A stretch of 64,000 nucleotides of DNA from the human T2T-CHM13v2.0 reference genome, Homo sapiens (GCF_009914755.1 NC_060930.1); one strand, 5' to 3'; positions 24,465 to 39,760 are shown, counted from the stretch's first letter. Numbers and translations are program-made. Notes: generated from the letters alone by a model not told the origin.

Positions 24465-24660
24465 AGGTTGAAGTATTGGTGAAGAACATGGACTTTGAAG
24501 CTAGACAGCCAGTCTCCTATTTAACTTACTCTCTGCCCCAGTTTTCTCGTTTGTAAATTATAAGCGATACTGTTACCTACATCATGGAGATAATTGGGAG
24601 GATTAAATGAGTTAATCTAGGTAAAGCTTAGAATAGTACCCAACAAATAGTAAACACCAA
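24465..24660 (+). mobile_element. MIR
   Basis: catggactttgaagctagac...ctctgccccagttttctc...gaggattaaatgagttaat. Confidence 0.7.
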
Positions 24661-25280
24661 GTAGGGATACATTTTATTGTGATGGCTCAATATAATTTAA
24701 TAGAATGTACTAGAACCCAAATAAAAATCTGTTATGTTAAGTTAGCAGCATCAATGAAAATATACTTTTTTCTTAATATTTATTTGAATACTTCCATGAA
24801 TATTCTTTAGTAGTATCTTAGGATGAAAGTGGCATTACAACATAATTTTTTATTTCTATCAATTGAGAATAATATGTATAGTATATATACATATCTAGTA
24901 CACATACATATATCTGATATACATACATATTATAGATATTTAGAAAGATGTTTTAGTGTTTGTTGATTTTGATAGTTATGTTTGCTGATTCCATTTGGTG
25001 AAAAAAAGTTCTTCTCATTCTTCTCTTAAAACTGTATTGTTATTAGTGATTTTTTTGATAGTTTTGCCATATTTTTATGACTCTTTGTTTTAACCAAATC
25101 AACTTTCAACATAGGAAGCTGAATCCAAATATTGCCCACATTTACATTTCATGTTATAGCTTTCCTATATTTCTTTTCAGTTAGGAAAGATTGATGAAAT
25201 AATTCTGTGAAATAAATCTGCTTCAGATCTAGAATCCAAGGTCAGATGAGACAAATTGTTAAACATTTTTCAGACACTAC

Positions 25281-25411
25281 CTGTCCATTTTTCATGTGAA
25301 CATTTAGGTACTCCCCATTGACACTGTGGCCGTGGACCAGGGTTCCGGAACTGCTTCTGGGACGGACTTCAAATGCAATTTCAAACTTCAATCCAATATT
25401 GAAAGATTCAT
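25281..25411 (-). CDS. LAMA4: LAMA4 exon 36 (DESFNIGL...MKNGQ)
   Basis: 131 nt, CAG/GTAGTG, phase 1-0. Confidence 0.96.
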
Positions 25412-27156
25412 CTGTGGAGAGAAACACTATAAACTCCCAAGAACAGCAAGATCATATTTGTAACTATGGTGTGATTTTGTAATTATATATATTTTTATCT
25501 GTTTTTGAAAGTTTGATGCATTTTTTAACAGATAAGTAGAAAGTGGCTTTTCCATGTCAAACTCACTGTGGAAAGCTCTGTGGGGAACCAAGATAACTAA
25601 TGCATCAATCCTGTTGTGGGGTGTGAGGCTGGCAACAGCACACAAAATATGTGTTATGGGAGCTCAGGGGAGGAGAAATTAATTCCAAGTAGCAGCAGCA
25701 CTACTGAGTATTTCACAAGTGAGGAGGACAGGGCAATCTGGGCAGAGGAAGTAGACTCAACACAGGTACAGAGGCTGGAATGCTTGGAGAGCACTGTGAA
25801 GGCCACTGTGGCTGGACTGTCCCTGCCAGGGGAGAAGGAGGCATGGTGAGTGGGAGCCACACTGGGAAGGGCTCTAGTGGTGAAGTATGGAAGTTAGGCT
25901 TTATTTTACAGTCACTGAGCAAGACAGCTGTCTTGATCGGACCTGTATTTTAAAATAATTATTAAACAGAAACCTAACTGGTGCCAGTGCTGTACAGCAT
26001 TTCAGAGGAGAAAGAGCAGAGAAAGTATTTAGGAGCTGTTACTGAGGTGATCCAATAAAATTCTTATTAAGAATAGTTGTGTTTACTCCAAGAGACTCAT
26101 TGCAAACCAGGGCATCTAAATAATGTTCATTTAATGTATCCTATAAATCATTTAAAATTTTTTCCTGTTATTAGTTAGTGCTCATGGAGTAGTATATAAA
26201 TTGTGCAGTTTGCTCTGTATTCCCAGCTGTCCAAACTGTTAAGAGTTCTTATCACTGAAATTCCATGAAAGGCTGAGAATTGTAAGTGTAGGTGTTTTAG
26301 TGTAGGGGTAAAGATGGGTGAGGCAGGAAAGTAAAATCATGAGCTAAGCAGAGAGGAAATACTACCTCTGGGTGTTCTGCTGGATATGGTGGTGGTTTAA
26401 AAAGTAAACTTGGCTGCAGTGTAATTTCTTTATTCAGGGGATGTGCAAAGTACCTAAGTGCCTTGAGAGGAGGGAACATGCAGCTTTATACCCTTTCCTA
26501 TCCTAATTCCGGGCACTTATTCTGGTGTCTTCCTCACACCCAGCGATTGCTCCATAGAATATTCTTGGAATGAATTAGATGATGATTGTGTGTAGTCTGC
26601 TAGGATTTTATTTATTTTTAGAACTGTTATGTCCCATCATCTGGCATAGGGACTGCCTTACGGGAGGCATACAATAAAAACTGAATGAGTGAGGGAGTAA
26701 TGGTCAAGGAGAATAATAAAAAGCCAGAAATAAAAATTTCTGAAGGATAACGTTGTCTGCTGGTGTTGCAAGTCATGGGGAGAAAGTGGGACTTCCTTTA
26801 GTAGGACAATGGTTCATGCCAAGAAGGAGCAGAGCAAGACCTTGAGGAGCAAGGTGGCCAAAAACTGACATGGATCAGGCCACGGAGCAGCATAGACATT
26901 CTAAAGGAGCCCAGGTGGTCTTCATCCAGAAGTTTGGCAGCTGTGGAGAAGCCTGGTCAGGGAGAGTATACAGGGATGGGGACTGCATGTATGGTTTGGA
27001 GTGCAGGAGGGAGAAAGGTGGTTCTTGTGGGAAGAGGTCATCTTCTAGGGCTGAGTTTGGCATTCTTAAGTTTTAACTCTGGGCCTGATATTCCCTGTTA
27101 GCCATCTCCAGGAAGAAGCATTTCATGACTCATATTTTTAACATGACTAATGTTAC

Positions 27157-27316
27157 CTAGAACCACGTATCCTCCTTCTGTTGAAAAGTAAGTTCCTGTT
27201 TCCATGGGGCCTTCAAAGCAAGGGGTCACACTGAATGTCTGAGAAGCAGAGGTGATGGAGGCCCCATTGAGCTGGAGATTGCTGAGACAGCCACTAAAAC
27301 TGTAGATGGAGTTAAT
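27157..27316 (-). CDS. LAMA4: LAMA4 exon 35 (INSIYSFSGC...GYVVL)
   Basis: 160 nt, CAG/GTAACA, phase 0-1. Confidence 0.96.
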
Positions 27317-28121
27317 CTGAGGGAAGAAGATATTTCTTAAAATCAATTTTCTCAACACAAATGCACCAAGGGGAAGCAAAATGAGGGGGTTTGAGTCCTG
27401 AAGGAACCCACGTAATTCCTTGTTTCATTTATTTCAGATATCTGAATGATCAGTACTTTCCTGGATAGTTGCTTTCTAACTGGTTGTTTGAAGCTGGAAT
27501 TTTGTATTTGATAATGTCAACCTGTAGTAATTAAGCTATGGACATTTTTATGTTACACTTTGACACAATAAGTTGCAGCTGTGGTTTTCAAACTGCATAT
27601 TTAGAAGTATCCTAGTTTTCCCTCAAGAATGACAGCTGTGCCAAGATCACCTAAGGCTGATGAGGGCTAGCAAAGTTCTTTACTTAAATCTACCATAGCC
27701 AAATAAACAGCAGAAAGCTTTCATTTCTGGTTTCATGAGCTGTTTTTGTGGTTGAGAATTTATCATATCACAGGACATGAAACTTGGGCCACTTAAGATA
27801 ACTGATTTTGTCCTGCATTTGGACATTTTAAAAAAGAGATTGCCATGGAATTGGGGCTGCTTATCTAAAATCTAATTATAATGTAAACCATCTTTTTTGC
27901 TTCATCTACATATATTAATAGGTCTTAGAAATTATTTTTAACATTGCTAAAATCCAACCTATATTTATGTTAAGAAAAATTTAGTCCTTTGATGCATTCC
28001 TTTTATTGCTAAATTTTTTATAAGTGCAATATTTTTAATTTTTAAATTACACAAATAATATTTTTCTACTATATTCTCACTTCTCCCCAGGGCAACCACA
28101 TTTCCTTATACATTTACAAAT

Positions 28122-28134
28122 TGTGTGTGTGTGT

Positions 28135-28166
<32 letters not shown>
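28122..28166. repeat. (TG)n microsatellite
   Basis: About 22 TG units with one TA interruption. Confidence 0.95.
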
Positions 28167-28170
<4 letters not shown>

Positions 28171-28575
28171 AAAATGGGATTGTAGTTTGCATAATGACCT
28201 GAAACTTTTTTTTTCACTCAATAATGTATAATGCAATGATTTGCTTTCTTTTTTGTTATGTCTTTACATTAAAAGTATGGGTACTTCCTGAACAAATAAG
28301 ATCTCCTTGAGACATAAATTTTCATGATAATTTATGCCTCTGAAACTTTTTCATTTGACATCTACCTTAGAATTGAAAGATTACTTCTGACTTTGTAATG
28401 CCACAGGGCAGACAGGCAGCCCATAAGACAGTACTTACTTTGATATCCCATTTCCAGAAAACTACAGTTTTACTGGTGCTAGTTTCTAGTTTCCTAATCT
28501 GTGAGACGAGGGCCTCAATTAGATGATCTTCTGGCTCTAATGGTCAATGGCTCTACCTGGTCATGCCTGGCTTAC

Positions 28576-28731
28576 CTGAACATTTTTCACAGCCTTTCCA
28601 GGAGCCACACCTCCCAAATAAATGGGACCCTTGATTTTCCAGGTAGCTTCAGTAGGAGGAAGACTTTCTTCTAGGACTCGGAGACCATCAATTACCAGTC
28701 GGCCACTGCTCCTTTCTCGAATAAATATCAC
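28576..28731 (-). CDS. LAMA4: LAMA4 exon 34 (VIFIRERS...VKNVQ)
   Basis: 156 nt, CAG/GTAAGC, phase 0-0. Confidence 0.96.
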
Positions 28732-29702
28732 CTGGATGAAGAGAAGGACAATAGCACATCTCAGGTACATTCCAAGATTGCAGAAAAGGCTGTGTTTCCT
28801 CTTCTTCCAACTTTGCTATTGCAATGCTGTGGGAAATCTTCAGAAAGTTTATTTTTAAAATGGCCCCATCTCTGAAGGTCAGGAGTTTATCTCTTCTGTT
28901 TAGTAGGCTTCTGGCAATGCAGTTTTTGGAATGGCAGAAACTTTATCCCTCATTTGATTCTGTTTTGTTATACAGCATATGCCTTTATTGTGAGCTGTCT
29001 CCAGGCCCCTTTGCTTTATATGCATAGGTGTATTTTTTTCATGATCATCTTCCATTTACCACTTCAGGTATTAGAGGAAGTGATCTATGTATTTTCTGAC
29101 CTCTAGATAGAATGATTTAAAGCTTAATTTCTGAATATAGCTTATGTTTTTCCATGTTCTCTATGAAGCTTTTCCCAGTTAACCAGGCCACATATAGACA
29201 GAACAGGCCATATGTTCTCTCCCAGTTAAACTTCTTGTGATTACTTGTAATGCATGTTACATTGCTTACTCTTGACATTACATACCCACCAATTTCTTTC
29301 AATATTTATCTGCTCCCACTGTGGTATCCTATCTTCCTCACTGATTTACTATTCACTTTGTATCTTCCACAGCTTAGCCAATAAAAGACACTCAATAATA
29401 ATTGCTGAAAAGTAAAAACCTATTGGCAGTAGAAAATAAGTGAGAAATCATTAAAAACCAAATTTCAGTTTATGTTGACCACTGATCCTTTGGTTTAAAT
29501 AATTACGCTCAGCCTGTGTCTCTTTTTAAATAGTATGCTTCAAGACTTTTATAAGGAATACAATTTTTTGAAATTGAATTCTGAGTGTGCAGCAGCAGAA
29601 TTTTAAAATGGATATTTCTAGAGAGAGTAATGGAGGCCCATTAGTGTCCATTTGACAATGGTAGCTATTTGCTGGTAATGCTGTTCTCTGCCTTCAACTT
29701 AC

Positions 29703-29892
29703 ATCATGCCACAGGCCATCATTGTATTTCTCCTGGCTTCTAATCTTCAGTTTTTTGTGACCAACATTAAACATGTAAACCAAGCGGCCATGGGCCAAAA
29801 ATAGAGTCATGAAGTCATTCTCTTCTTGATCTGAGACATAGAAGATCATGCCATGGGAGGAACGAGTTCTCAGACGAATGGAAAACTGAGAT
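29703..29892 (-). CDS. LAMA4: LAMA4 exon 33 (SQFSIRLR...GLWHD), LG4
   Basis: 190 nt, CAG/GTAAGT, phase 2-0. Confidence 0.96.
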
Positions 29893-30181
29893 CTGGTAAA
29901 TGAAAAGAAAGGGATTACCATATGTAAAATGAGACTGAGGATAATCTCTAACTTCTTAAAATAATACAGTGTAAGGAAGAATAAACAAGTAGCCATTCTA
30001 TCTAATCCCAAGCAACATTATTCCACACTTAGTATTATTAATGAATATTAAATTAGCATGGCTAGTTCAAAAATGTAAATTCTTCTCTACTTCCTTATAC
30101 AACAAGGATGTATCCCACATTTGAGGAAATGTTGTTTCAGTTAAGGATCTTACTGTGTCTTGGTTTGAAAATATGGCTGCA

Positions 30182-30508
<327 letters not shown>

Positions 30509-31433
30509 GGCTGCAATTTAGTAAAAATATGTATGTTAAAGAAGCTTATCCATGTGGACAAAATACTAGTGAATAATACAAATAATATCAGTTGTGCACT
30601 ATCTAAAACACAGACTAAAATTTTTTCCCAGTAAAAATTAATTAATGGATACCACATGTAAAAAGCAGCCACCCGAGCGTGTAGAAATTAAACAAAACCT
30701 TCTAGAAATTTAGCCCCAGGCTATGGATAAGATACATTTATTAGGTTAACTTCTAGTTTGATTAACTCTAAATTCTTCCTGGAAAATACAAAATACTGAT
30801 TCTGCCTATTAGGCAGGTAGCAAATTATAAGGTATTAGAGATTTCTTATTGAATACTTTGCCTCTATGAATGTTTGACAGAGCTATGTAAGACCTATATA
30901 AAAATATTTGGGTGCTAAAACTGTAAAAATAATTCTTCAGTAATATCAGATAACCTGGAGATTTGTGAAATACTGGAAAGAGGCGATGGGGTTGGAGATA
31001 GCTGGAGGGTCATAGACATACAAGCATATTTGTATTTTCAATGCCTTTCCTTATTAACCTTTTAGCAGTTCAAATGCACTCCCATTTACAATCTGAAAGC
31101 AATTTGTATGGGAGAGGGAGGGGGATATCAATGTTAGATGATGAGTCATTTGAAACTTGCTCCATCTTCCTTTCCTTGATTGTCTTTTCTTTTTGATCAA
31201 ATACAGTATCCTGGAAGAATACTGTTTTATGAACCTTACAATTGGAAAGTCACAGAGAATATAATTCTTTTGATAGCATAAATCATGTACTATTTAGTGT
31301 TTATTTTGGTGATAACATAATAGGATTAAGGTGGCACAGAAAGGAAAGATAGGAAAAAACGATGACATGTGACAAACAAAGATGGAGCCCAGCCATGTCA
31401 TTAGGAGTCTAGGAGTATAGTGTGTTACTTTAC

Positions 31434-31621
31434 TTGGCACCAAAATCTCCTTTTAAGTGTTCAAACTCTTGGCGGCTGTTGGCTGTTCCTCCATATTGAT
31501 AGGCGTGCTCTATTGCTCTAGGGCTGTTGGAAAGGTGGCAATGAGAGTTTCTTGGAGTATTCCGCTCTGGGAGTTTCAGAGCAACAGGATCCCATGAAGG
31601 TGCATCTTTACTTTTCCCTCC
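31434..31621 (-). CDS. LAMA4: LAMA4 exon 32 (GGKSKDAP...GDFGAK), LG3-LG4 linker into LG4
   Basis: 188 nt, TAG/GTAAAG, phase 0-2; translated by hand, absent from the ORF track. Confidence 0.95.
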
Positions 31622-34030
31622 CTATAAAAGTAAACCAAATTAAGGGATAAAAGTGACATACTAGCAGCAAAAAGTAATTTGTGATGTCCTCATCATTAAT
31701 AAGGATAAAAAATTATATATTATTTGTGCATTTTCCATTCATGGAACATTAGGTCCCCTCTCTTTCCTACCTCTAGCCCCATGAGCAAATGACAGCAGTA
31801 GCTGCAGCAGTAACATCAACAACATAGCATGTTAACTAACCCCAAATTCTTCCGCATGGTAGTAAAGCAAAGTTAAACTGAAGCTATAGAGACAACTGCT
31901 CTATCATTTAAATTAAGTGCACATCTTAAATACTAGTGAAAAGTGGCAAAGTTGGCAATTAAAATGACCCTGAATCAATCAACAAAATCCTCATATAAGA
32001 AACAATATTAATGTTACTTTAATACACAGATTATTACTTATGCATGTTGTGTAAAAAGTTAACATAGCAACATCTTCAAAATACTTAAGGATATTTTTGG
32101 TGATAGGATATGTAGCAGAATTTTATGTGACAGGATATAAAACAATTTTTAAACACATTGTGCTCTTAAAATTGCATGGCCGATGCTAAAATTTAGAGTT
32201 GTGCAAGTATAGGCTAATATTTAATTATTATTTAGTTTCAATTTCTGAAGCAAAATAAAAGTAAATGCAAATAAATTCAAGTATTTAGTCATTTATTCAA
32301 GCAAATGTTTAGTGACTATTGAATGGGTAGAAGTAAAGGGGAAGGAAATCCATGATTATACATGCCTCCCGTGGGTGGCATGTAGTGGGGAATAGAAAGT
32401 GAATGAGAAATGATTCCTGTTTTTTAAGGAACTGAAAATTAATTTGGAGAAACAGTTATAATAGCAAATTGGAAAACAGGTTGGTGCCAGATAGGACCTT
32501 AGATGATTGCTGGAAGTTTTGTTTTTTAGGTGATGAGGAGCCACACATCCTCATCCTGCTTTCAAAGCAGGGAGGGAGTGGCCTGCTCTGACCCACCTAG
32601 GAAGACAGCTTGTAACAAGGAAGGCCTGATAGAAGAGGAAATGTGTGGCAGCAGGGAGGACAGAGGCAGGATTAGATACAAAAATTCAGGATTACTGAAT
32701 GCACACTCACAGGCAACAGACAAGATGAGAGAGAGGATTAGATAAGAAAAGTTCTGGTTGAGGATTACTGAATGAGCATACACCTTTAGTCCCTGCCTCC
32801 CTATTCCCATTGAAATGTCAGAACTATATACATAAAAATAAATCCACAGCAGTCCTGGAAATCTAGGAGGGTTTTTACTGGCAGAACCAAGCTGTGTGGA
32901 ATTTCTGGAAGATATAAAGTAGATTGGAACAGATGGACAATAAAACCCTTAATCTCATAAGGGCAAAAGACAAAATCCCCCCCACAAAAAAATAGTGTTT
33001 TAGCTAAATCTCAGAATTACTTTCAAAATCTAGATCTGATTTTGGGCAGAGGGCAGGTTAATTAATTAAAGGACAGACGAGCTGTGCCAGTGTCTCTTGC
33101 TCTCAGGGCAGCAGCTCGTGCAGTTGGATTTTGGCAGTGGAGACTCTCACAGTGGTGGTTAGGTTGGAGAGAGGTGGGAGCTCATAGACTCTCATGTCCT
33201 AAAGGAAAGCCCACCTGGTTCCACCATTCCCTCTTCCCTTCTTTATGCAGTTGTCAGGACTCATAACCTGATTTTTACTGCCACAGAAACAAGGTTTCTC
33301 TCTTGGATGGGGGAAATATACCCAGCTACCAATACTTTTTGGTCCAGGCTCTCACCTACAGATAATGGCCATAGCTTCAAGCCGTAGGTGGGCAGAATGG
33401 GCTGGAGTAGGGCTGCCAGGAGATTCTTTAACTCTAATGTCTTAGGAAAATTTCCCCAAATACATGCTCTATTTCAATCCCAGTGGAGTAATACACTTTA
33501 TGATAGGAGATATGATCACTTTTGTCTCAGTGAAAGGCCCAGCTGGAAATACTTTGCACAGGGCCTGTAGTGAGGGTGAGAGAACAGAGTGAGAGTGAGG
33601 GTAGAGGACTTTCCCCAACTCTGGCTGCTTCCTGTTTTCTCCATTTGGATGGAAAGGATCTCACGCTTTCTTAGTCAGTGTATCCACTTAGCTCTAGGTG
33701 CTCAGTGAAGCACAGGGTTATTTGAAACAGAACAATCTCAATTTACCAGCCTTGCCTTACTCTGCTTCAGTGTGGGAATACATGACTATGTAGGCTGCAT
33801 CACTCATCTGCTGCAAAAATCAATAAACTCGGGTGTCTTTATATATGGCAACCAAATATGCTAATTCTTCTGCAGATACACATTCACACTCTTAGTAATG
33901 ATAAAATAGCCAAGTTATAACTTAATTACTTTATACCATACAACACTGAGACTCAGTTTATTATCCTAAGATGGGTATGTGTATGGTGATTCTCAATGAA
34001 CTCCACTAGACTTTGGCTTTATCAGTGTAA

Positions 34031-34492
<462 letters not shown>

Positions 34493-36529
34493 TAGGATAG
34501 TATTGTGGTGTCCCAGCAGGGGCTAGAATCAATTGGAAAGCTAGAAGGAATCAAGGCACTCCCTTTCTGGAGGTTTCTGATTTCTCAGAGCATCTCTTTT
34601 CATTTTTCTTTCTCAGCAGGATAGCTTTTTGCCTTTCACTCTATGAAGGAGCTTTTTTTCCTCTGTGTATAATTAACATAATGCCCTTAGGTTTACATGT
34701 TTTCTGTTCAATGGCCAGCTCAGGCTAATCTCTCTAGGTTTTAAGTTTCCAAGGAAGAGAATCTGATAGCCCAGCTTCGTGCACGTGATCTACCTTGGTC
34801 CAGTGATCTATATCCAGGGAAGTGAGGTCGTGCATCTAAAACACAGGGCCTGCCCACTAGCTCGGAAATCAGTTCTTAGAGAAGAGAGTGGTTTGCCAGA
34901 TACCTTAGCATGATGTCTGTTACAATACCTGAAATGTTCATTATTAAACACCAAATGAGAAACTTTTCCCAGTTAAACTTGAAACATAAACATTGTTAAA
35001 AAAATTTAAGGCTGGAACATAGGTGATAAGACAGGTATTCACAAATACCATAGGGAACTAGAAATCAATGTTACCTTTTTGGAAAGCAATTTGTCTTGAT
35101 TCAGTAATTCTGCCCCTGGGAATCTATCTTAAAGATTTGTTCAGCAACATACTCAAAGATTTACCTACAAAGATCTTTGGCTATAAAAGGAGAAAACTAG
35201 AAGCAACTGAAAGTCTATTAATGGTTAAGTGAATATAGTAAGTGAATAAAATGGGATATTAGGAAGTGATTGTGAAAATAAATTATTACAATCCCAATTG
35301 CTTTGATGCAGCCTTGATGAAAATTTAGGTCAGAGGCCATACATTTTTCTTGGTAGCTATTTATGAAGCTGTTGAAACAAGGGTCAATATAAGAAAAGAT
35401 TAGCAAATGTTGACATTCTAGTTACCATAAAATATAATTGAAATCTATGGTGATTCTGTATCTTGTTATTACAAAGTCAAGTTTCTGTCTAACACTATTT
35501 ACCATAAAGGTTAACAAGTTTCCTATAATATGGAAAAGCTTGTGTTAGTAGGGCTGTTGATTATAACCTTGAGATTGAATGTTTGTTGGGAAATCACATT
35601 TGATAGACAACTTAATTTAGAAAACTGTGTTTATTTAAAGGGGTAACTGTGTTTGCTTGAGAAGGTTGATGTCCCTCATCAGCCTGTAATGTTAATCTGC
35701 TGCCTATGAACCTCTGACCAGTGTTCAAGTGTCAGATAAAAAAATTTTCAGGATAAATCTTTTAGCATCAATGTATGAGGGTAACAGCAAGACTCTATTA
35801 GAATTTTATAGTATACTCTGAAAACTCCTTCATAGTATCTTCCAGCAAAATCCTTCATGAGAATCAATGAAATTATCTGTCTTCCATGTCAAACTCAGGA
35901 AGAGATCCTAAGAAACTACTAAGTTTTAATTATACACACACAAAATTATTTTGTTAACATTGATAAAGCAGTCATGTATGAACAAAGGAGAAGTTTCAAG
36001 AGGATTGAAAAAAGTAGTCCACATATGCTCAAATATATGGAAAATGTCAAGATATAATGGTCAGTGAAAAACCATCAGAATGGAGAAGGTGGTGGAGACA
36101 CTTCCCTCTTGCTGATGGTCCAGAAGCCAGCCTTGGAAGGCAATCAGTTCTTCCCCTGAAAAGATGTTCAACCTCACTAGCATTCAAAGAAATGCAAACT
36201 AAAACCTCAATTTGTCCATCAGAATTGCAAAATTATAGAAATTTGATTATATTCATTGTTGACAATAGTGTGGGACAATATGTTCTTTCAAATGCTGTTT
36301 GTGGGAGTGTAAATTGGTATTGCCTCAATATTGAAAATGCATATTCCCTTGAGCCAAGCAATTTTACTTTTAGGAACCAATCCTCCAGAATACTCATAAG
36401 GCTCTATAGAGATATAACCACTAATATTCACTGAATCTTAACTATATGCCTTGTGCTATGCTAAGTGCATATAATTTCATGCATTAACTCATTTAGTTTT
36501 TGTTACAACCCTATGATGCAGATAGCTGT

Positions 36530-37210
36530 GTATGTATTGAACACCTATTATATGCATTGTTCTGAGTGCTTATTATATGTCAGGGAACAAAATGAATGAG
36601 CTTGCATTTAGTAGAGGAGACAGACAATAAATAATAAACATAATAAAGAAAGCATGCTAATAAATTACAATATAAGGACTATGAAAAAAGAATAGAAAGA
36701 GGCAAAAGAGCAGTATTACTGGTAGGAGGTAGGAGGCAGGCTGCAGTATTCAATAGGGTGTCAATGTAGGTCATTGAACAGGTGAGAGTTGAACAATTGT
36801 AGAAGGAGGAGAAGTTGTCTGTGCAGATACTTGGGAGAAGTGTGATCCAAGCAGAAGGGAAGCCTGAATAAAGAACCTAAGGTAGGAGTACACATGGCCC
36901 ATTCTAGGAATAGTTGGGAGGCCAGTATGGGGAGAAGAGTGAGGGAGGTGGGCAAGTAGGAGGAGATGAACTCAGGGTAAGGCATGGATCACATAGGGCC
37001 TCTTACAAATTGTGGTGCCTTGGGCTTTTACTCGGAGTGTAGTCGGGGGGCCATTTGAGCACAGTAGTGACATGATATGATTTATGTTTATAAGGATCTG
37101 ACTGTAGGGTTGAGAATAGGCTATCAGGGAACAAGGTGGAAGCAAGGAGACCTGCTGGGAGGTGATGCAGTTACTCAGATGAGAGTTGTTGGTGGCAAGG
37201 GCCAGGCTGG
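36530..37210 (-). mobile_element. L2 fragment
   Basis: L2-like motifs (tattgaacacctattat, gagacagacaataa, ttgagcacagtagtgacatgat, ggaagcaaggagacc). Confidence 0.6.
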
Positions 37211-37699
37211 GAACACTGACACCTGAGCACACTCTTAAAATTGGATCATGAAAGAGGTGGGGAGGGTTAAACTGATAGAATTAGAAGGGATTAAGGGTCC
37301 CACTTGTAATGAAGGCAAATAATGTACACAGTTGAAGTAAATGAATGAGAAAGAATAGTAGTCAGGTTGGAATTTTAGAACTCAAGATTTTGATAATGGA
37401 GTAGCTTTAGCTGATGTCACAGACCAACTGTGCATGTGAGTGGTTGAAGTGAAGGTCCAGGAAGGAGGGGAAAAACCAGGGTAAGATCAGAAACTTGAAT
37501 AATTTCCATGATTGTGACAAAAGCCTAAAATTGTTACACAAAAGCAAATGATACTAGAGAATTATAGTACTAAATAATATGTATTATTTATACAAACTGT
37601 TAAGCACAGGGACATTTCAACCATTGTAAAGGAAACCATTGTAAGTTGGAAGTATGAATAAATAGCTGATTCAGACTGTTCATTGGAACAAGAACTGAT

Positions 37700-38156
37700 G
37701 CAACAAACGCGGATGAGCCTGGAGGACATTATGTTAAGTGAAATAAGGCAGGCACAGAAAGACAAATACTGCATGTTATCATAAGTGGGAGCTAAAAATG
37801 TTGAGTTCACAGGAGACTAGAACTGTGGTTATCAGAGGCTGGGACGGGCAGCGGCGGGAGGAGGATAGGCTGAGGTTGGTTAATGTGTACCAAATTACAG
37901 CTAGATAGGAGGAAATTGTTCTGTGTCTCTATAGTATGGTAGAGTGACTATAGTTAACAATAACTTATTGTATATTTCCAAATAGCTAGAAGAGATGATT
38001 TTGAATGTTCCCAACACAAAGAAATAATAAATGTTTGAGATAATAGACATGCTATCACTCTGATTTGATTTTTGCACATTGTATACATGTATTGAAAGAT
38101 CACTCTGTACCCCATACATTTGTGCAATTACTACATTTCAATAAAAAATAAAAAAT
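37700..38156 (+). mobile_element. L1MA/MB 3' end fragment
   Basis: ggatgagcctggaggacattatgttaagtgaaataag...aaatagctagaagag...ctgtaccccata, then an A-rich tail. Confidence 0.85.
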
Positions 38157-38341
38157 GCTTCTATAACAAAGAATTAATGCAACAAATCTGGTAAACTAGA
38201 ATATGTGATACTGCAAGAATCCCATCTTTCCTATGTACGTAGTTGCAAAGTATCAAGTCAATTCTCTAAAACAGCAGTGTCTAGAACTGTGTGCATGGAA
38301 AATGATGACAATTAGGAAGTCAGAACGGCATTATCTTTTAC

Positions 38342-38495
38342 CTTTTTATTCTGACTTGCTTTAGGCTTGGATAAATTTTTTCCTTTTTTATGGAGGAGAA
38401 ACAATGGTGAAGACTCAATGGGACACTCATAAAGAGAAGTGTGGACCTTTTCAGTATACCGTTGGAAATCTTCAACCTCCACATCTCTATCCACC
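38342..38495 (-). CDS. LAMA4: LAMA4 exon 31 (VDRDVEVE...SQNKK), LG3 end and linker
   Basis: 154 nt, CAG/GTAAAA, phase 2-0. Confidence 0.96.
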
Positions 38496-38944
38496 CTGTG
38501 TTTGTAACAGAGGAAAAAATAAATATTAAAAATATTGTTCAGAATTACATGATGAATATTATGGAAGTCAAAGAGCTTTGGCAATTAAAATGTGTGTGTG
38601 TGTGTGCATGTGTGTGTGTGTGTATGTGTGATGGGTCCTTACCCATCAACCACTCTTAACCAGAACCCTTTAAATTAACATTCAACCTGTTAATAACTAT
38701 GTGCCTGGCATCACATATTTATAATAATGAATATCTTCTCCCTCAACACACTCTGGATGATTGGAACTGCCTCTGTTTCTTAATCTATATTAAATTCCTC
38801 CCTTGCTTGTTCTTGTACTCAAGGAACCCCTATTGTCTTTGTTAAGGACCTAGATTAATAGCTTTCTTTAAAATCATGCATTAAATTAAGACTTTTGTAA
38901 ACCTCTGGGTATGTTACTCTGTCATTAATGATAAGTACAAAAAT

Positions 38945-39145
38945 AATTGCATCTAATATTTATAGCTTGCTGTATGCCAGACACTGTACAAGTTGCTTTA
39001 TGTGCATTATCTTCTCATTTACCCTTCATGACAAACCTACCAAGTAGGCACCATTATTATCTGCATTTTCAGGTGAAGAAATGAAGGCTTACTTAGTCAA
39101 GGTCATATGGAAATTAAAGGGCAAAGAACCTACACAGAAACCCAA
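38945..39145 (-). mobile_element. MIR
   Basis: aatatttatagcttgctgtatgccagacactg...cattttcaggtgaagaaatgaaggct...caaggtcata. Confidence 0.7.
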
Positions 39146-39295
39146 GTATGACAGTTTCTCAAGCACATAAAAGCTTTTAATTACTATCCCCTAATGCCTC
39201 AGATACATTTCATAGTTCTCAGTTTTAATATTTTTGCTGTTGTCTTGATTTTATTTATCAATCATGCAGATTCATTAATAATAAAAATATTATAC

Positions 39296-39460
39296 CTGGT
39301 AAAGTAGGCATTACTTATGCAGCCAGTGAAATTAGCATACTGAGCACTGATTGGTGAGCCACCGAAGTAAAACTTCTTTTCACTTGCTTGTGTCTGTTCT
39401 ATTTTCCCTTTGGTAGGATTCTTACTCCCAACTCTGCTTTTATCTACTATCAGTTCATAT
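39296..39460 (-). CDS. LAMA4: LAMA4 exon 30 (YELIVDKS...AYFTR)
   Basis: 165 nt, CAG/GTATAA, phase 2-2. Confidence 0.96.
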
Positions 39461-39715
39461 CTGCAAAAGAAAAAGGCTTCTTTACATACCACAGAGCTAG
39501 CATTTTACCTTGACCCACTCTAGGTTGGATAAGCAGGTTTTCTCATGAAATTGAAATGGAACATGTGGTTAATGAAAAGACAGCGAGTTGCCAAACTCTT
39601 CATGAGGCCCAGGATAAAATGGTTGGATATTTCTATATGCAAAAAAGATCCTCCAAACCAAGATTGGAATTTAAACCCGTAAGGCAAGAAATTCAGATGA
39701 CTAGTCATCAGCATT

Positions 39716-39720
<5 letters not shown>

Positions 39721-39756
<36 letters not shown>
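39721..39756. repeat. Pure (TG)18 microsatellite
   Basis: Uninterrupted TG run. Confidence 0.95.
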
Positions 39757-39760
<4 letters not shown>

